A stretch of DNA of 64,000 nucleotides from Polyangiales bacterium (GTDB lineage: Bacteria > Myxococcota_A > Polyangia > Polyangiales > Houyiibacteriaceae): assembly GCA_965227405.1 (NCBI GenBank), contig OZ245758.1:2387153-2451152 (forward strand), in the 5' to 3' direction. The translations under genes and the position numbers were made by a program. The notes beneath the pieces are model-generated. The model was not told the origin of the DNA, ran no database searches, and saw nothing but the letters and a program-made list of their open reading frames with translations. This document shows, piece after piece, positions 1 through 9,401 of this stretch. Numbering within the stretch: the stretch's first letter is position 1; every line of letters begins with the position of its first letter.

Positions 1-196
1 TTTTCCCGTTGAGCAGGATCTGATCGTCCTCGCCCGTTTCGGCAAAACCGACCTGGGTCTCGGTGACCAACCCATCCAGGGTCAGACTGATGCTGGGAAC
101 CGCGGGAAGGTTGAGCTTGATGTCGCTCTTGCCCCAGTACTTCGCCAACGCAATGTTGGCGCGCGCGCGTGCAAACGCGACGTCGACGATGCTCAT
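1..196 (-). CDS. mvaD: diphosphomevalonate decarboxylase, N-terminal part (gene runs off left edge)
   Basis: Truncated, so absent from the ORF track. Reverse translation from ATG 196..194 gives MSIVDVAFARARANIALAKYWGKSDIKLNLPAVPSISLTLDGLVT, with the NIALxKYWGK motif of GHMP-family mevalonate-PP decarboxylases. Its start overlaps the mvk stop as ATGA (193..196). Confidence 0.7.
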   Translation of the reverse strand, partial: MSIVDVAFARARANIALAKYWGKSDIKLNLPAVPSISLTLDGLVTETQVGFAETGEDDQILLNGK

Positions 197-1089
197 CCTG
201 CCTCCGCGATCAAGGTCAGGCTGGCGTCAGGCTTCAGCGCTTCCTCGATCGTCTTTGCATGGTCCAGGTTCGGTGCGAGCGCGATTATGCACCCGCCCCC
301 GCCGGCTCCGGTCAGCTTGGCGCCAAGTGCTCCCGCTGCGCGAGCATTGCGGCACAAGGTCTCGAGTTTCTCGGTCGAGATCATCAGTGCGCTGAGCATG
401 GCTTGGTTCATGTCCATCAGCTGACCAAGGCCCTTCAGATCTCCAGCTTCGACCGCGAGTTTTGCGTTGCGCACCAACGCTTCGATCGCGTCGAACACTT
501 CGCCAATTCGTTCGGGCTCTTTGTCGTACTGGCGACGAACGTGGTCGACCACTTCCTTGGTGCTGCTGGACTCGCCGCTGTGCGCGATCACCAACGGAAG
601 TGGTGAGCGCGGTCGCACGCGTTCTAAAGGTTGTCCTTTGGTGAACACCGCAATGCCACCGCATGCCGCCATCGTGTTGTCGACACCGGAAGGATTGCCG
701 TGGAACACGCGTTCCCACGCGAGCGAGAACTCGGCACGTTCTTCGGGTGTGCGTTGCACTCCGTACGCGTCATCGAGTGCGTCAACAACCGCGACACCGA
801 GTGCTGCAGAACAACCCAACCCAGCACCACCGGGAAGCTCGATGTCGGCGTGCACATGCACGGGTGTGGGTGAATCGTAGCCTTCAAGGACGGCAGCAAA
901 TGCGCGACCGAGTTGCTCGTCGCTCGTCGGTTCGAGCCGAACATCCCAAGGTTGGCACTCGAGAAGGAACGCGGGTGAAGGGTCCGCGCTTGCCGTGACA
1001 CCTTTGGCGATTCCCGCGGCGAGCGCAGGCTTGCCGTAGACGACGCTGTGCTCGCCAAGGAGGATGACTTTTCCGCGACCACGACCCAT
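193..1089 (-). CDS. mvk: mevalonate kinase (GHMP kinase)
   Basis: 298 aa. N-terminus GKVILLGEHSVVYG and the GHMP ATP-binding motif PGGAGLGCSAA. Sits in a mevalonate-pathway context. Confidence 0.85.
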   Translation of the reverse strand: MGRGRGKVILLGEHSVVYGKPALAAGIAKGVTASADPSPAFLLECQPWDVRLEPTSDEQLGRAFAAVLEGYDSPTPVHVHADIELPGGAGLGCSAALGVAVVDALDDAYGVQRTPEERAEFSLAWERVFHGNPSGVDNTMAACGGIAVFTKGQPLERVRPRSPLPLVIAHSGESSSTKEVVDHVRRQYDKEPERIGEVFDAIEALVRNAKLAVEAGDLKGLGQLMDMNQAMLSALMISTEKLETLCRNARAAGALGAKLTGAGGGGCIIALAPNLDHAKTIEEALKPDASLTLIAEAG

Positions 1090-1107
1090 GGGCAGGCGCG
1101 ATGTACG

Positions 1108-2130
1108 TCAAACCTTGCGAATGGCCAAGCGCTCGGCGAGCCACCTGAGCGTTTCGACGCCTGGACCGTCGAAAGGCGCGGCCGAAAGGGCGTTGTTGGC
1201 TTGCTCCAAAAGCGTCGTGAGGCGCGTTTCGATGTTCTGTCGAGCACCTGAGGAGATGATCAATTCGGACGCCGCGGCGACTTGGGCATCGGTCGGAACG
1301 CTCGCCGCCATCAGGTCCTGGATCGGGCCGAGCTTGCTCTCGTCGAGGATGCGCTCGGTCTCGGCGACCAGGCATGTTCGCTTCTTGTGCCGAAGGTCAT
1401 CGCCGGGCTTGCCGGTGTCGCCACCGAACGTGCCGAGCAAGTCGTCGGCCAACTGGAATGCTTCACCGATCGGGTTGGCCCATTCGATGAGGCATTCGAG
1501 TTCTTGGTTCGACGCGTCGGCCAGTAGAGCGCCGAGGATGAGCGGACCGCGGACGGTGTAGCTACCGGTTTTGAGGTCGTGCATGCGCGACACGTCGGGG
1601 TTCGCGGTCAGATCCAAGTGCTGTCCGAAGAACACCTCTTTTTGGATCTTCACGAACTGCGCGTACGCCTCGGCACGACGCTTGTCGGGGAAGGGCGCTT
1701 CGAGAACCAGTTCCAACGCGTAGGCCGACGCGAGGTCGCCCGCGAGAATCGCCAGTGCATTGCTCAGGTGCGGACCGTGTCCGCGGTTCTCGTAGATCTT
1801 GTGAACCGCCGGACCGCCACGACGTTCGTCGTCCTGATCCATCCAGTCGTCGTGAATGAGCAAGTAGCTCTGCAGAACCTCGATCGACGCGCCGGCAGAT
1901 GTCGTCGCTTCTTGATCGCCATCGGGCTTCACGCATCGGAACGCGGCGTCGAGAACCACTGGACGCAGGCGCTTGCCGCCACGCATGGTCAGATCGGCGA
2001 TGCCTTCCACCAGTTCGATCGACTCAGGCGAAATGCTTTTCGCCTCGGCCAACTTGATCTGGAAGTAGCTCGCGAGCTTGCGGTTGATTCGCTCGCGAAC
2101 CGAAGCGATCCAGGCGTCGTGATTGCTCAT
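1108..2130 (-). CDS. polyprenyl diphosphate synthase (FPP/GGPP synthase family)
   Basis: 340 aa with both Asp-rich motifs: LLIHDDWMDQDDERRG and FQLADDLLG. Confidence 0.85.
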   Translation of the reverse strand: MSNHDAWIASVRERINRKLASYFQIKLAEAKSISPESIELVEGIADLTMRGGKRLRPVVLDAAFRCVKPDGDQEATTSAGASIEVLQSYLLIHDDWMDQDDERRGGPAVHKIYENRGHGPHLSNALAILAGDLASAYALELVLEAPFPDKRRAEAYAQFVKIQKEVFFGQHLDLTANPDVSRMHDLKTGSYTVRGPLILGALLADASNQELECLIEWANPIGEAFQLADDLLGTFGGDTGKPGDDLRHKKRTCLVAETERILDESKLGPIQDLMAASVPTDAQVAAASELIISSGARQNIETRLTTLLEQANNALSAAPFDGPGVETLRWLAERLAIRKV

Positions 2131-2175
2131 GTCCAGCGCTTAGGGCGTCCCATCGAGCGGGGCAAGCGCTAAGCG

Positions 2176-3057
2176 TTAGTAGGGTTCTTCGCCGGTAATC
2201 GCGTCGAGGTCCGTGGCGGTTCCACCATCGTGGGCTCGGAACACCAGGTCCGAGAGAAGACCTTCGAATCCTAAGTACGTTTCTTCTTCACCGGTTTCGT
2301 GCAGGACCACGATCGCTTTGCTTCCACGCATCAAGTAGTGGTCGCCAGCACCGGTCTTGCCGATGAAGATCTCTTTGCCCTGAAGCTCGGGGGTGTCCAT
2401 GTCCCAATCACCGCACTCCACGGCATAGAGCTTTCCGTGATGCGCGTACGCGTGAAGGTACGCGCGGAAGTTCGCGTCACCGGCTTTCGGAATCAACGCG
2501 AGGACGTCGGTCAGCACTTTCGAGCGAGCGGGTTTCTGCTTCAGGAGTGTGATCAGGGCCTGGCTGTAGGTGCCGTACGCCTGCGGTGGCGCGTTTTGAT
2601 CCGCTTTGAGCGCGTCGGCCAAACTGGGATCGACCTTGGCGAGATCCACCAACTCCGAGTCGGTGAAGTTGGAGTCGCCGTCCCACTTTCCCGGACCCAC
2701 TTCTTCGTGCTCCATCAAGTAGCTCAGCACTTCAAGCAAGCGCTCGGGCGTGACGCGCTCACGACCCGGAATCGGCATGTCGTATCCGTCGCAGGTCGCG
2801 GGTAGCTCCTCGGTTGCGGTCCCTTCGATCAAGTACGAGTACGGGCCATTCCCGTCTGCACTTGCGATCATCACACCGCCTGCTTCGCCATCGCCAAGCG
2901 CAAATCGAGCACTCCATGTGTCCGCGGAGAGATCCCAAAACGCGAGAGGCTTGTTCTCGTGCTGTTTGATCCAGCGTTTGAGCGCTGCGAGCGAATCCAA
3001 GGTTTCTTCTGGCCCGGCTTTCTTCTGGGTCACATCGCGAAGCGTGATGGGCGTCAT
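2176..3057 (-). CDS. hypothetical protein embedded in the mevalonate cluster
   Basis: 293-aa ORF, same strand as and tightly spaced with the isoprenoid genes. Acidic, no motif I recognise. Confidence 0.5.
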   Translation of the reverse strand: MTPITLRDVTQKKAGPEETLDSLAALKRWIKQHENKPLAFWDLSADTWSARFALGDGEAGGVMIASADGNGPYSYLIEGTATEELPATCDGYDMPIPGRERVTPERLLEVLSYLMEHEEVGPGKWDGDSNFTDSELVDLAKVDPSLADALKADQNAPPQAYGTYSQALITLLKQKPARSKVLTDVLALIPKAGDANFRAYLHAYAHHGKLYAVECGDWDMDTPELQGKEIFIGKTGAGDHYLMRGSKAIVVLHETGEEETYLGFEGLLSDLVFRAHDGGTATDLDAITGEEPY

Positions 3058-3189
3058 GGCTCGAGGAGACCACCCTGGTGGGGTGCCATCAAGGACGGTT
3101 CAAGGCTGGCTGAAGACGGTTCGCCGAGGGCTGTGCGGACGCTGACAGGCCGGCTGGAATCTCCTGCGCGGGCACCCTAAAGACTCGGT

Positions 3190-4233
3190 ATGGCGGACAT
3201 CAAACAGCGCAAAGCCGACCACCTGGACCTCTGTGCGACCGACGCAGTCGCATTCCAGAAGAAGACCACGTTGCTCGAGCACGTGCGCTTGGTGCACCAG
3301 TCGCTTCCTGACATCGATTTGGATGCGATCGATCTCTCGGTCGAGTTGCTGGGCAAGACGCTCAAAGCTCCGATCGTGATCGCGGGCATGACAGGTGGGC
3401 ATGAGCGTGCTGCAGAGGTGAACCACACCTTGGCCTCGATCGCGAACGAACGTGGCTATGGCTTTGGTCTGGGTAGCCAACGCGCAATGCAAAAGCGCCC
3501 GGACACGAAGTGGACCTTTCAGGTTCGCGAGCACGCTCCGGACGTGTTGTTGCTCGGCAACGTTGGTGTCGTTCAAGCGCGCGATATGGACGTCGAGCTG
3601 ATCATGCAGCTGATCGAAGATGTGCGCGCGGATGCGATCTGCATTCACATGAACCCCGCGATGGAACTGGTGCAGCCGGAAGGCGACCGCGACTTCCGTG
3701 ATGGCACCGCGACGATCGCGCGTTTGGTCAAGCAGCTTCCCGTTCCGGTTGTCGGCAAGGAGACCGGAAACGGCATCAGCATCGAAACCGCGCGCAAGCT
3801 CTACGCCGCAGGTGTGCGCACGTGTGACACCAGTGGTGCCGGTGGAACCAGCTGGGTGGGTGTCGAAACCCTTCGCGCAGAGGGCGACAAGAAGACCCTG
3901 GGCGAACTGCTGTGGGACTGGGGCGTGCCCACCGCAGCGAGCGTGCACAACGTCGTCAATGCGGGCATGAACGCGATTGCTACCGGTGGAATGAGCAACG
4001 GATACGACGTGGCCCGTGCGATTGCACTCGGTGCTTCGGCGGGTGGTTTCGCGCGCCAAGTGTTCATGGCGTTCCTCGAAGGTGGACGTCCGGCCGCGGA
4101 AGCGTTCCTTACGCGCGTGGAAAACGAGCTGCGTGCCGTGATGCTTCTCGTCGGTGCGTCGAACGTGGCCGAGCTGCGCCAGGCACCGCGCTACATCACG
4201 GGCGAACTGCGCGACTGGATGAAGCTGGTCTAG
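3190..4233 (+). CDS. fni: type 2 (FMN-dependent) isopentenyl-diphosphate delta-isomerase
   Basis: 347 aa. MADIKQRKADHLDLC N-terminus, plus the GMTGG, KETGNG and SGAGGTSW motifs characteristic of IDI-2. Confidence 0.9.
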   Translation: MADIKQRKADHLDLCATDAVAFQKKTTLLEHVRLVHQSLPDIDLDAIDLSVELLGKTLKAPIVIAGMTGGHERAAEVNHTLASIANERGYGFGLGSQRAMQKRPDTKWTFQVREHAPDVLLLGNVGVVQARDMDVELIMQLIEDVRADAICIHMNPAMELVQPEGDRDFRDGTATIARLVKQLPVPVVGKETGNGISIETARKLYAAGVRTCDTSGAGGTSWVGVETLRAEGDKKTLGELLWDWGVPTAASVHNVVNAGMNAIATGGMSNGYDVARAIALGASAGGFARQVFMAFLEGGRPAAEAFLTRVENELRAVMLLVGASNVAELRQAPRYITGELRDWMKLV

Positions 4234-5090
4234 GCTTCGGCTTCCGCGTGCGCGGGTGGGTCCACGGACTCCTCCACCTCGACGTCGTTGCTGGCCTCCA
4301 CGCGAACGCGTGGGCCAAGTTCGAACCTCTTTGCGACCTGTTCATCGATCGCGGATCCAATATCGCGCGCAAAGAGCTTCGGCGTAAGCCGATGGTTCAA
4401 CCACATCAGTACCGCAGCGATTGCCGGCACAGGTACGGCTCCGCGTTCACCCACCATCGTCAACGCCAGCAGCGGCAACATGATGAGCACGAGGTCCAAT
4501 CCGATCGTCAGGATGCCGTTGAGACAGCCAATGCCCACACCAAAGATGTCGGTTTCGCGCTCCAGCATCGGCACATCAAAGAGTTCCGCGATTTCGCGAC
4601 GCAGTTTGAGCGCACTCGACTTGTCACGAAGAACCGCCAGTTCGATGACCTGATCTTCCAGGACCAGGTACACCGGCCAGAAGTCGTGTCGCGCACCACC
4701 CCCTGTGGTGTTGAAGAAGTGTCCGAGAACAACTTCACGGATCTTGCTTTGGGGAATGCGATGACCATCGAACTCCAAGGTCTGTCCGGTCGGAGCGTCT
4801 CGGTAGCCTTGATCCACGGACGGCGAGACCAAGGTGAAGTGCTTGCGGATCTGGAGGAGGCGTCCGCCGGTGCTGACGCGTGCCGACATGTCCAACAGCC
4901 CGCCGGCAAGTGCGCCAACGCCCGCGCCGATCGATCCGATGATGCCGAAGAATGGTTCGAAGAACAGCATCGCCACGGAACACAAACCCATGGCGAGCAA
5001 GAAGAAGTAGTAGATGCCTTCGTGGAGTCCGGGCGTTTGCCCCGGACGCGTGAACACGACTCGACCCGGTTCACGCCGGAGCGAGCTCAC
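4230..5090 (-). CDS. hypothetical membrane protein
   Basis: 286 aa with several hydrophobic segments (YYFFLLAMGLCSVAMLFFEPFFGIIGSIGAG; LVLIMLPLLALTMV). GTG start overlaps the upstream stop as GTGA at 5087..5090. Confidence 0.5.
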   Translation of the reverse strand: MSSLRREPGRVVFTRPGQTPGLHEGIYYFFLLAMGLCSVAMLFFEPFFGIIGSIGAGVGALAGGLLDMSARVSTGGRLLQIRKHFTLVSPSVDQGYRDAPTGQTLEFDGHRIPQSKIREVVLGHFFNTTGGGARHDFWPVYLVLEDQVIELAVLRDKSSALKLRREIAELFDVPMLERETDIFGVGIGCLNGILTIGLDLVLIMLPLLALTMVGERGAVPVPAIAAVLMWLNHRLTPKLFARDIGSAIDEQVAKRFELGPRVRVEASNDVEVEESVDPPAHAEAEA

Positions 5091-5494
5091 GAATCGATCT
5101 CGTCGAGTACCTTGCGCTGCTCTTCGAGCAGGTTCGCGATCTTCTTGCCCTCGGCGACGACGCGAAGGACAGCACGCGCCTTGGCGTACTTCACGCGAAG
5201 CTCCGCGAGTTCGGCACGCGTCTCTTCCAACTCGCGGCGCAGTTGATGCACCTGCTCTTGGTTGGCCGAGAAATCGTCCCGATAGGGCACGCCCAAGTAT
5301 GCGCAGGGCTTGCCTTGTCGTCGAGCATCCACCGCGTCACAAAGAAGTATGCGTCTTTGCTTAGGTTTGGCACTTGCGCTCGCGTGCGGGGGCGGCGGAC
5401 CTGATGACCCGCCCGGATGGCCGCCTTTAGAGTCGCTGCGCGAAGTGAGCGAAACGTCGTTGCTTGCCGACATGGTGGATCCGGAGATCGTCAT
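5087..5494 (-). CDS. small coiled-coil protein (start uncertain)
   Basis: The C-terminal half is heptad-like (QEQVHQLRRELEETRAELAELRVKYAKARAVLR) and coupled to the downstream gene. The longest-ORF start would overlap the divergent gene at 5349, so the true start is probably internal (near 5300). Confidence 0.35.
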   Translation of the reverse strand: MTISGSTMSASNDVSLTSRSDSKGGHPGGSSGPPPPHASASAKPKQRRILLCDAVDARRQGKPCAYLGVPYRDDFSANQEQVHQLRRELEETRAELAELRVKYAKARAVLRVVAEGKKIANLLEEQRKVLDEIDS

Positions 5495-6941
5495 GCGCGC
5501 GCCAAACCCTCCCTACGTCGCGTTCATGGCCTCGAGTTTCGATCGTCGATCCGAAGGTGCATCGCCGGGATCGGACGCGTGGTTTGCCAACATCGACTCC
5601 GGACATTTTCTCGGTCAAGACGGAACCGAGTCGATCCTTTTCGACGAGACGGGGCCGGGCGCCATCACGCGTATTTGGTCGGCCAACCCGCGCGGAACGA
5701 TCCGAATCTATCTCGACGGGTCGGACACGCCTGCGATCGAACAAGACCTACGCGAACTCTTGCACGGCAACGTCGAGCCTTGGGTGACGCCCTACGGGTT
5801 TGTCGCGTCGTTTGGGTACAACTTTTACTACCCGATTCCCTACGCGAACGGATGTCGGGTGACGGTGGAAGTCCCCGACGGGCATCGGCTCTTCTATCAA
5901 ATCAATGCTCGTCGCTACGTCGATGAGCGAACTGTGGTGCAGAGTTTTGGCTCCAGCGATGTGAGTGCGCAGCGTGACGCCACGGCCCAGGTGTTGCGGG
6001 ATGGCTACGTTGCTTCGGGCACAACCGTGATGGGTGACCTTGCCGACGGGGTAAACCTCACTGGGCCTGGAGTGATTCGCGAGATTCGGCTGGGAGCGTC
6101 GCTGGACGAGGATGCACTGCGCCAAACGCTGCTTTCGATCACCTTTGATGGAAAGGAAACCGTGCGTGTTCCGCTCGGTGATTTCTTTGGGGTGGGGCCC
6201 GGTTTGGTCGATGCGGCTTCGCTGATGGCGACGCTTGCGGGCACCGAGCTTTCGATGCGTTGGCCCATGCCGTTTGCGTCGAGTGCGATGTTGAGCGCGT
6301 CCTCAAGCGTACCGATCGAGGTGGATTGGGAGTCGCGCGAGTTCACGGACGACACGTTGCTCTTTCACGCGCACTATCGGTCTCCCGAAGACATCGACAC
6401 CGTCGCATCCAACGGCGACCCCACGCCCAGTGACTGGAACATCGCGGACTTGGAAGGTCGCGGTTTGATGGTGGGCATGCTGCTGAACGTGGCCAACGAA
6501 AGCACCATTTGGTGGGGCGAAGGCGACGAAAAAGTCTTCGTCGACGAAGAACGCTTCCCCAGCTTTTTCGGGACGGGCACCGAAGACTTCTTTGGTTACG
6601 CGTGGTGCAGCACGCAGATTTTTGACGAAGCGTTCATTGGACAAACGCGTGCACGAAGCAGCGACAACGCCGGCAACGTGTCGCTCTATCGGTGGATGCT
6701 CAACGACGCGATTCCCTTTACGCGTTCGCTGCGTTTCGACCTGGAAACGCTGCATGGGCCCGATCCGGATGGCGCCCCGCATCAGACGACGTACGACGCG
6801 GTGTTCTACTACTACGGGACAGCCGAAACCGAAGAACGTGGACCGGCGATTGGCGAGCTGCGAGTCCCACGTCCTGCTGTGGGACCCGACGAAGGCGCAC
6901 CACGGATTTGTGGTGGAGGTTTCATCCCTCCAGATCCCTGA
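5349..6941 (+). CDS. DUF2961 / GH172-like secreted lipoprotein
   Basis: Start moved to MRLCLGLALALACGG (signal peptide plus lipobox). WGEGDEKVFVDEE and FGTGTEDFFGYAW motifs resemble the DUF2961 family. Confidence 0.65.
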   Translation: MRLCLGLALALACGGGGPDDPPGWPPLESLREVSETSLLADMVDPEIVMRAPNPPYVAFMASSFDRRSEGASPGSDAWFANIDSGHFLGQDGTESILFDETGPGAITRIWSANPRGTIRIYLDGSDTPAIEQDLRELLHGNVEPWVTPYGFVASFGYNFYYPIPYANGCRVTVEVPDGHRLFYQINARRYVDERTVVQSFGSSDVSAQRDATAQVLRDGYVASGTTVMGDLADGVNLTGPGVIREIRLGASLDEDALRQTLLSITFDGKETVRVPLGDFFGVGPGLVDAASLMATLAGTELSMRWPMPFASSAMLSASSSVPIEVDWESREFTDDTLLFHAHYRSPEDIDTVASNGDPTPSDWNIADLEGRGLMVGMLLNVANESTIWWGEGDEKVFVDEERFPSFFGTGTEDFFGYAWCSTQIFDEAFIGQTRARSSDNAGNVSLYRWMLNDAIPFTRSLRFDLETLHGPDPDGAPHQTTYDAVFYYYGTAETEERGPAIGELRVPRPAVGPDEGAPRICGGGFIPPDP

Positions 6942-7064
6942 GGTCCCTGTCGCTGACGTGGAATGTGGGCCTGGCAACCTTTGGCCCACCTACTCGTCCG
7001 ACTCGCCATCGGAAACCTCCAGGCACACGCGTTGCAAACAGCTCGTGGGTGTGGAGGAGGAGCT

Positions 7065-7514
7065 GTGAGAGGAAATTGGAAGATCTGGGTCGTCATCGGT
7101 GGTCTGGCCGGCTGCGTCGGTGGCGTTGATGGCGAGTACGTGGGCCTTGGCGGAGCTGTCGTCGGTGCCGAATCGGCACGCATGGAAAGTGGACCGATTC
7201 GTGGCGAAGGCTTGGGCCTCGACATGGAAGGCAACGCGGAGCGACTGACGATCGACTTTACGGTCGACGGCGAAGCGGGTGCACAAGATGTCCGGCTCGA
7301 GCTCGAAGGGTCGGTGTTGGGGATGCTGCACGGAACGAGCGACGGCACCGCACGCTTGTTCGTCGACGGATTGACCGGACCCGATGGAGCACCCGCACGC
7401 GTTCGGATCGAGCCACTGAGCGATGGTCGATACCGTGTCGTGTTTACGGCCGAACTCGAGAACGGACCTTCGCAAGGTAGCGTGGTCCTCGACTTCCTCG
7501 AAGGTCACTGCTGA
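7065..7514 (+). CDS. small lipoprotein, hypothetical
   Basis: GTG at 7065 is preceded by GGAGGAGGAG. N-terminus VRGNWKIWVVIGGLAGC has a lipobox. Its stop overlaps the next start (TGATG at 7512..7516). Confidence 0.45.
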   Translation: MRGNWKIWVVIGGLAGCVGGVDGEYVGLGGAVVGAESARMESGPIRGEGLGLDMEGNAERLTIDFTVDGEAGAQDVRLELEGSVLGMLHGTSDGTARLFVDGLTGPDGAPARVRIEPLSDGRYRVVFTAELENGPSQGSVVLDFLEGHC

Positions 7515-8461
7515 TGCGCGCCGCCCTCGTCCTCCTAGCTCTTGTGCCATCGCTTGCGATGGCGCAGGGCGGGGGCCCGCAACAACTCGCCGCCCCGCCC
7601 GAAGGCACGCGAGACGCTGAGGCTGCGCAAAGCACGCAGACCTCAACCCCGCCCGAACAGTCCAGCGCGAATGCACCGAGTGCGGAACAGGTTCCACCAG
7701 TGCCGCCTGCGCCAAGCGCGCCCGCGAATATTCCGCCTGCGCCGAGTGCTCAAGCCATTCCGATTCCGCCCGCGCCTGCTGCACCGAACACGCAGCCGGT
7801 TCAACGTTCGCGTCCTCTCTACATGAGTCCGCTTACGGCGCGTGAACGCGCGTACGTGGAGCGCTTGCAACGACGCATGCAGCGTCGTGAGATGGTGTTG
7901 CAGCAGCGCGAGCAACGTCGACAACAGATGCGCGTGCTTCGCGATCGTCGTTTGACGAATCCCTGGTCGTTTCGATTGGAAGCGTTCTGGACAGCGACGC
8001 CGCGTTCGATCAACGGCTTTGGTCCTTACGACGGCAACGATGGATACGCTGCGTACTTCGGGGGGGGCGCAGGCCTTACTGGATCGCGGTGGCTCACACG
8101 CGCAGTGCGTGCCGACCTCCGTGTTGCGCTGGGGTACATCGCAGGCGATGGGTTCCTCAATGGCGACCATGGTGCGGAGGGCTCGTTGGGACTCGCCGTC
8201 AGCATACACACGGCTGGAACGCGCCGGCTTGGGATCGGTCTTGGCGTCGATGCGGTGCTTGCACGTGAGTACGATGCCGCCACCGAAGGTCACTTTCGTT
8301 GGCTTGGACTTCGCGGAGTCCTCGTCGGAGAAATGGCTTTCGTGGGACGACACGGGAACGCGTTTGTGATGAAGGTTTCGCCGACACTCACGTGGGCGCC
8401 GTGGGCCGATCATCCCTTCCCGGGAATCATCAGCGGGATCGGCGTGGAATGGTCGCCATGA
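7514..8461 (+). CDS. secreted protein, Pro/Ala-rich linker plus Gly/aromatic-rich C-terminal region (possible outer-membrane protein)
   Basis: Signal peptide MRAALVLLALVPSLAMAQ. PPAPSAP repeats, an Arg/Gln-rich segment, and a C-terminus ending GVEWSP. Coupled on both sides. Confidence 0.5.
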   Translation: MRAALVLLALVPSLAMAQGGGPQQLAAPPEGTRDAEAAQSTQTSTPPEQSSANAPSAEQVPPVPPAPSAPANIPPAPSAQAIPIPPAPAAPNTQPVQRSRPLYMSPLTARERAYVERLQRRMQRREMVLQQREQRRQQMRVLRDRRLTNPWSFRLEAFWTATPRSINGFGPYDGNDGYAAYFGGGAGLTGSRWLTRAVRADLRVALGYIAGDGFLNGDHGAEGSLGLAVSIHTAGTRRLGIGLGVDAVLAREYDAATEGHFRWLGLRGVLVGEMAFVGRHGNAFVMKVSPTLTWAPWADHPFPGIISGIGVEWSP

Positions 8462-9396
8462 GGTCGGTGCTCGTGGTTGTGCTGATCATGGGATGCTCGG
8501 AGTCGCGCAGCTTGCACGATGCCGCATCAGGTCCGGATACGGGGCGTCGTGACAGCGGAAGAGATGAGCGTGATAGCGGCGCCTTTGGCGGTGGGGACTG
8601 CTTTGCTGCAGGCACTGCGATCACAACTCCACACGGTGACGTTCCGATTGAGCGCTTACGCGTTGGGGATCTGGTCTGGTCGTACGACGAGGCGCGCGCG
8701 CAACGCGTCGCTGCGCCGGTCACCCAAACGTTTCGACACGAAGACTCCGACGTACGGACTCTCTACCTGACGTCTGGCGACACCTTGATCGTGACGGACG
8801 AACATCCGTTCTACGACGCAGACAACGCACATTACGTGTTGGCGAGTGAACTTCGCGTTGGCGCGCAACTGCTCACAGAAACCGGCAGCGTGTCAGTGGA
8901 GTCGTGGGGCGCGCGCCAGCACATTGACGAAACGTTCAACATCGAAGTCGACGGGCACCACAACTACTTCGCGGCGGGTGTGCTTGTGCACAACAAGTCC
9001 GACATTCCGACACCGATCATTCCGTGCGGCGACACGCTCTGCACCACGAGCGAGATCTGCGTGATTCCGTGTTGCGAAACGGAGTTGCAGGCATGCGAGC
9101 CGCCCAACGAGGAAGGCGAGTGTCCGATCGGATGGCGCCGAACGCTTTGCGAGGACGAGTCCGAAGGTTGTGAACGACCCTGTGACCCGCCCGCGGAGGA
9201 CGGGACGTGTGGGCTTCGGCAAGTCCTCGGCACCTGCGCAGACGGAAGCGAAGGGTGCATCCCCGACTCGTGCGCGGAGCCCTACTGCGTGTGGGGAACG
9301 GATTGCAGGTTCCGCACGTGCGAGCCGCCGACCGAGTGCATCAGTGGTGAACTCGACGACCCGAACTACACCTGTACGTGTCGTGCGCCGGAGTAG
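8458..9396 (+). CDS. lipoprotein with Hint (intein-like, BIL-type) domain and Cys-rich C-terminal module
   Basis: Start ATG 8458 overlaps the upstream stop (ATGA). Lipobox MRSVLVVVLIMGC. The Hint-like block runs from CFAAGTAITTPHG (Cys codon 8599) to AAGVLVHN (ends 8994). It is followed by about 130 aa containing about 24 Cys. Confidence 0.7.
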   Translation: MRSVLVVVLIMGCSESRSLHDAASGPDTGRRDSGRDERDSGAFGGGDCFAAGTAITTPHGDVPIERLRVGDLVWSYDEARAQRVAAPVTQTFRHEDSDVRTLYLTSGDTLIVTDEHPFYDADNAHYVLASELRVGAQLLTETGSVSVESWGARQHIDETFNIEVDGHHNYFAAGVLVHNKSDIPTPIIPCGDTLCTTSEICVIPCCETELQACEPPNEEGECPIGWRRTLCEDESEGCERPCDPPAEDGTCGLRQVLGTCADGSEGCIPDSCAEPYCVWGTDCRFRTCEPPTECISGELDDPNYTCTCRAPE

Positions 9397-9401
9397 ATCG
9401 G

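Noticed and set aside
6990-7784. 264-aa minus-strand ORF spanning two plus-strand genes
   Set aside because: The plus-strand ORFs have RBS, signal peptides and coupled junctions. The minus ORF has none of these and crosses a gene boundary.
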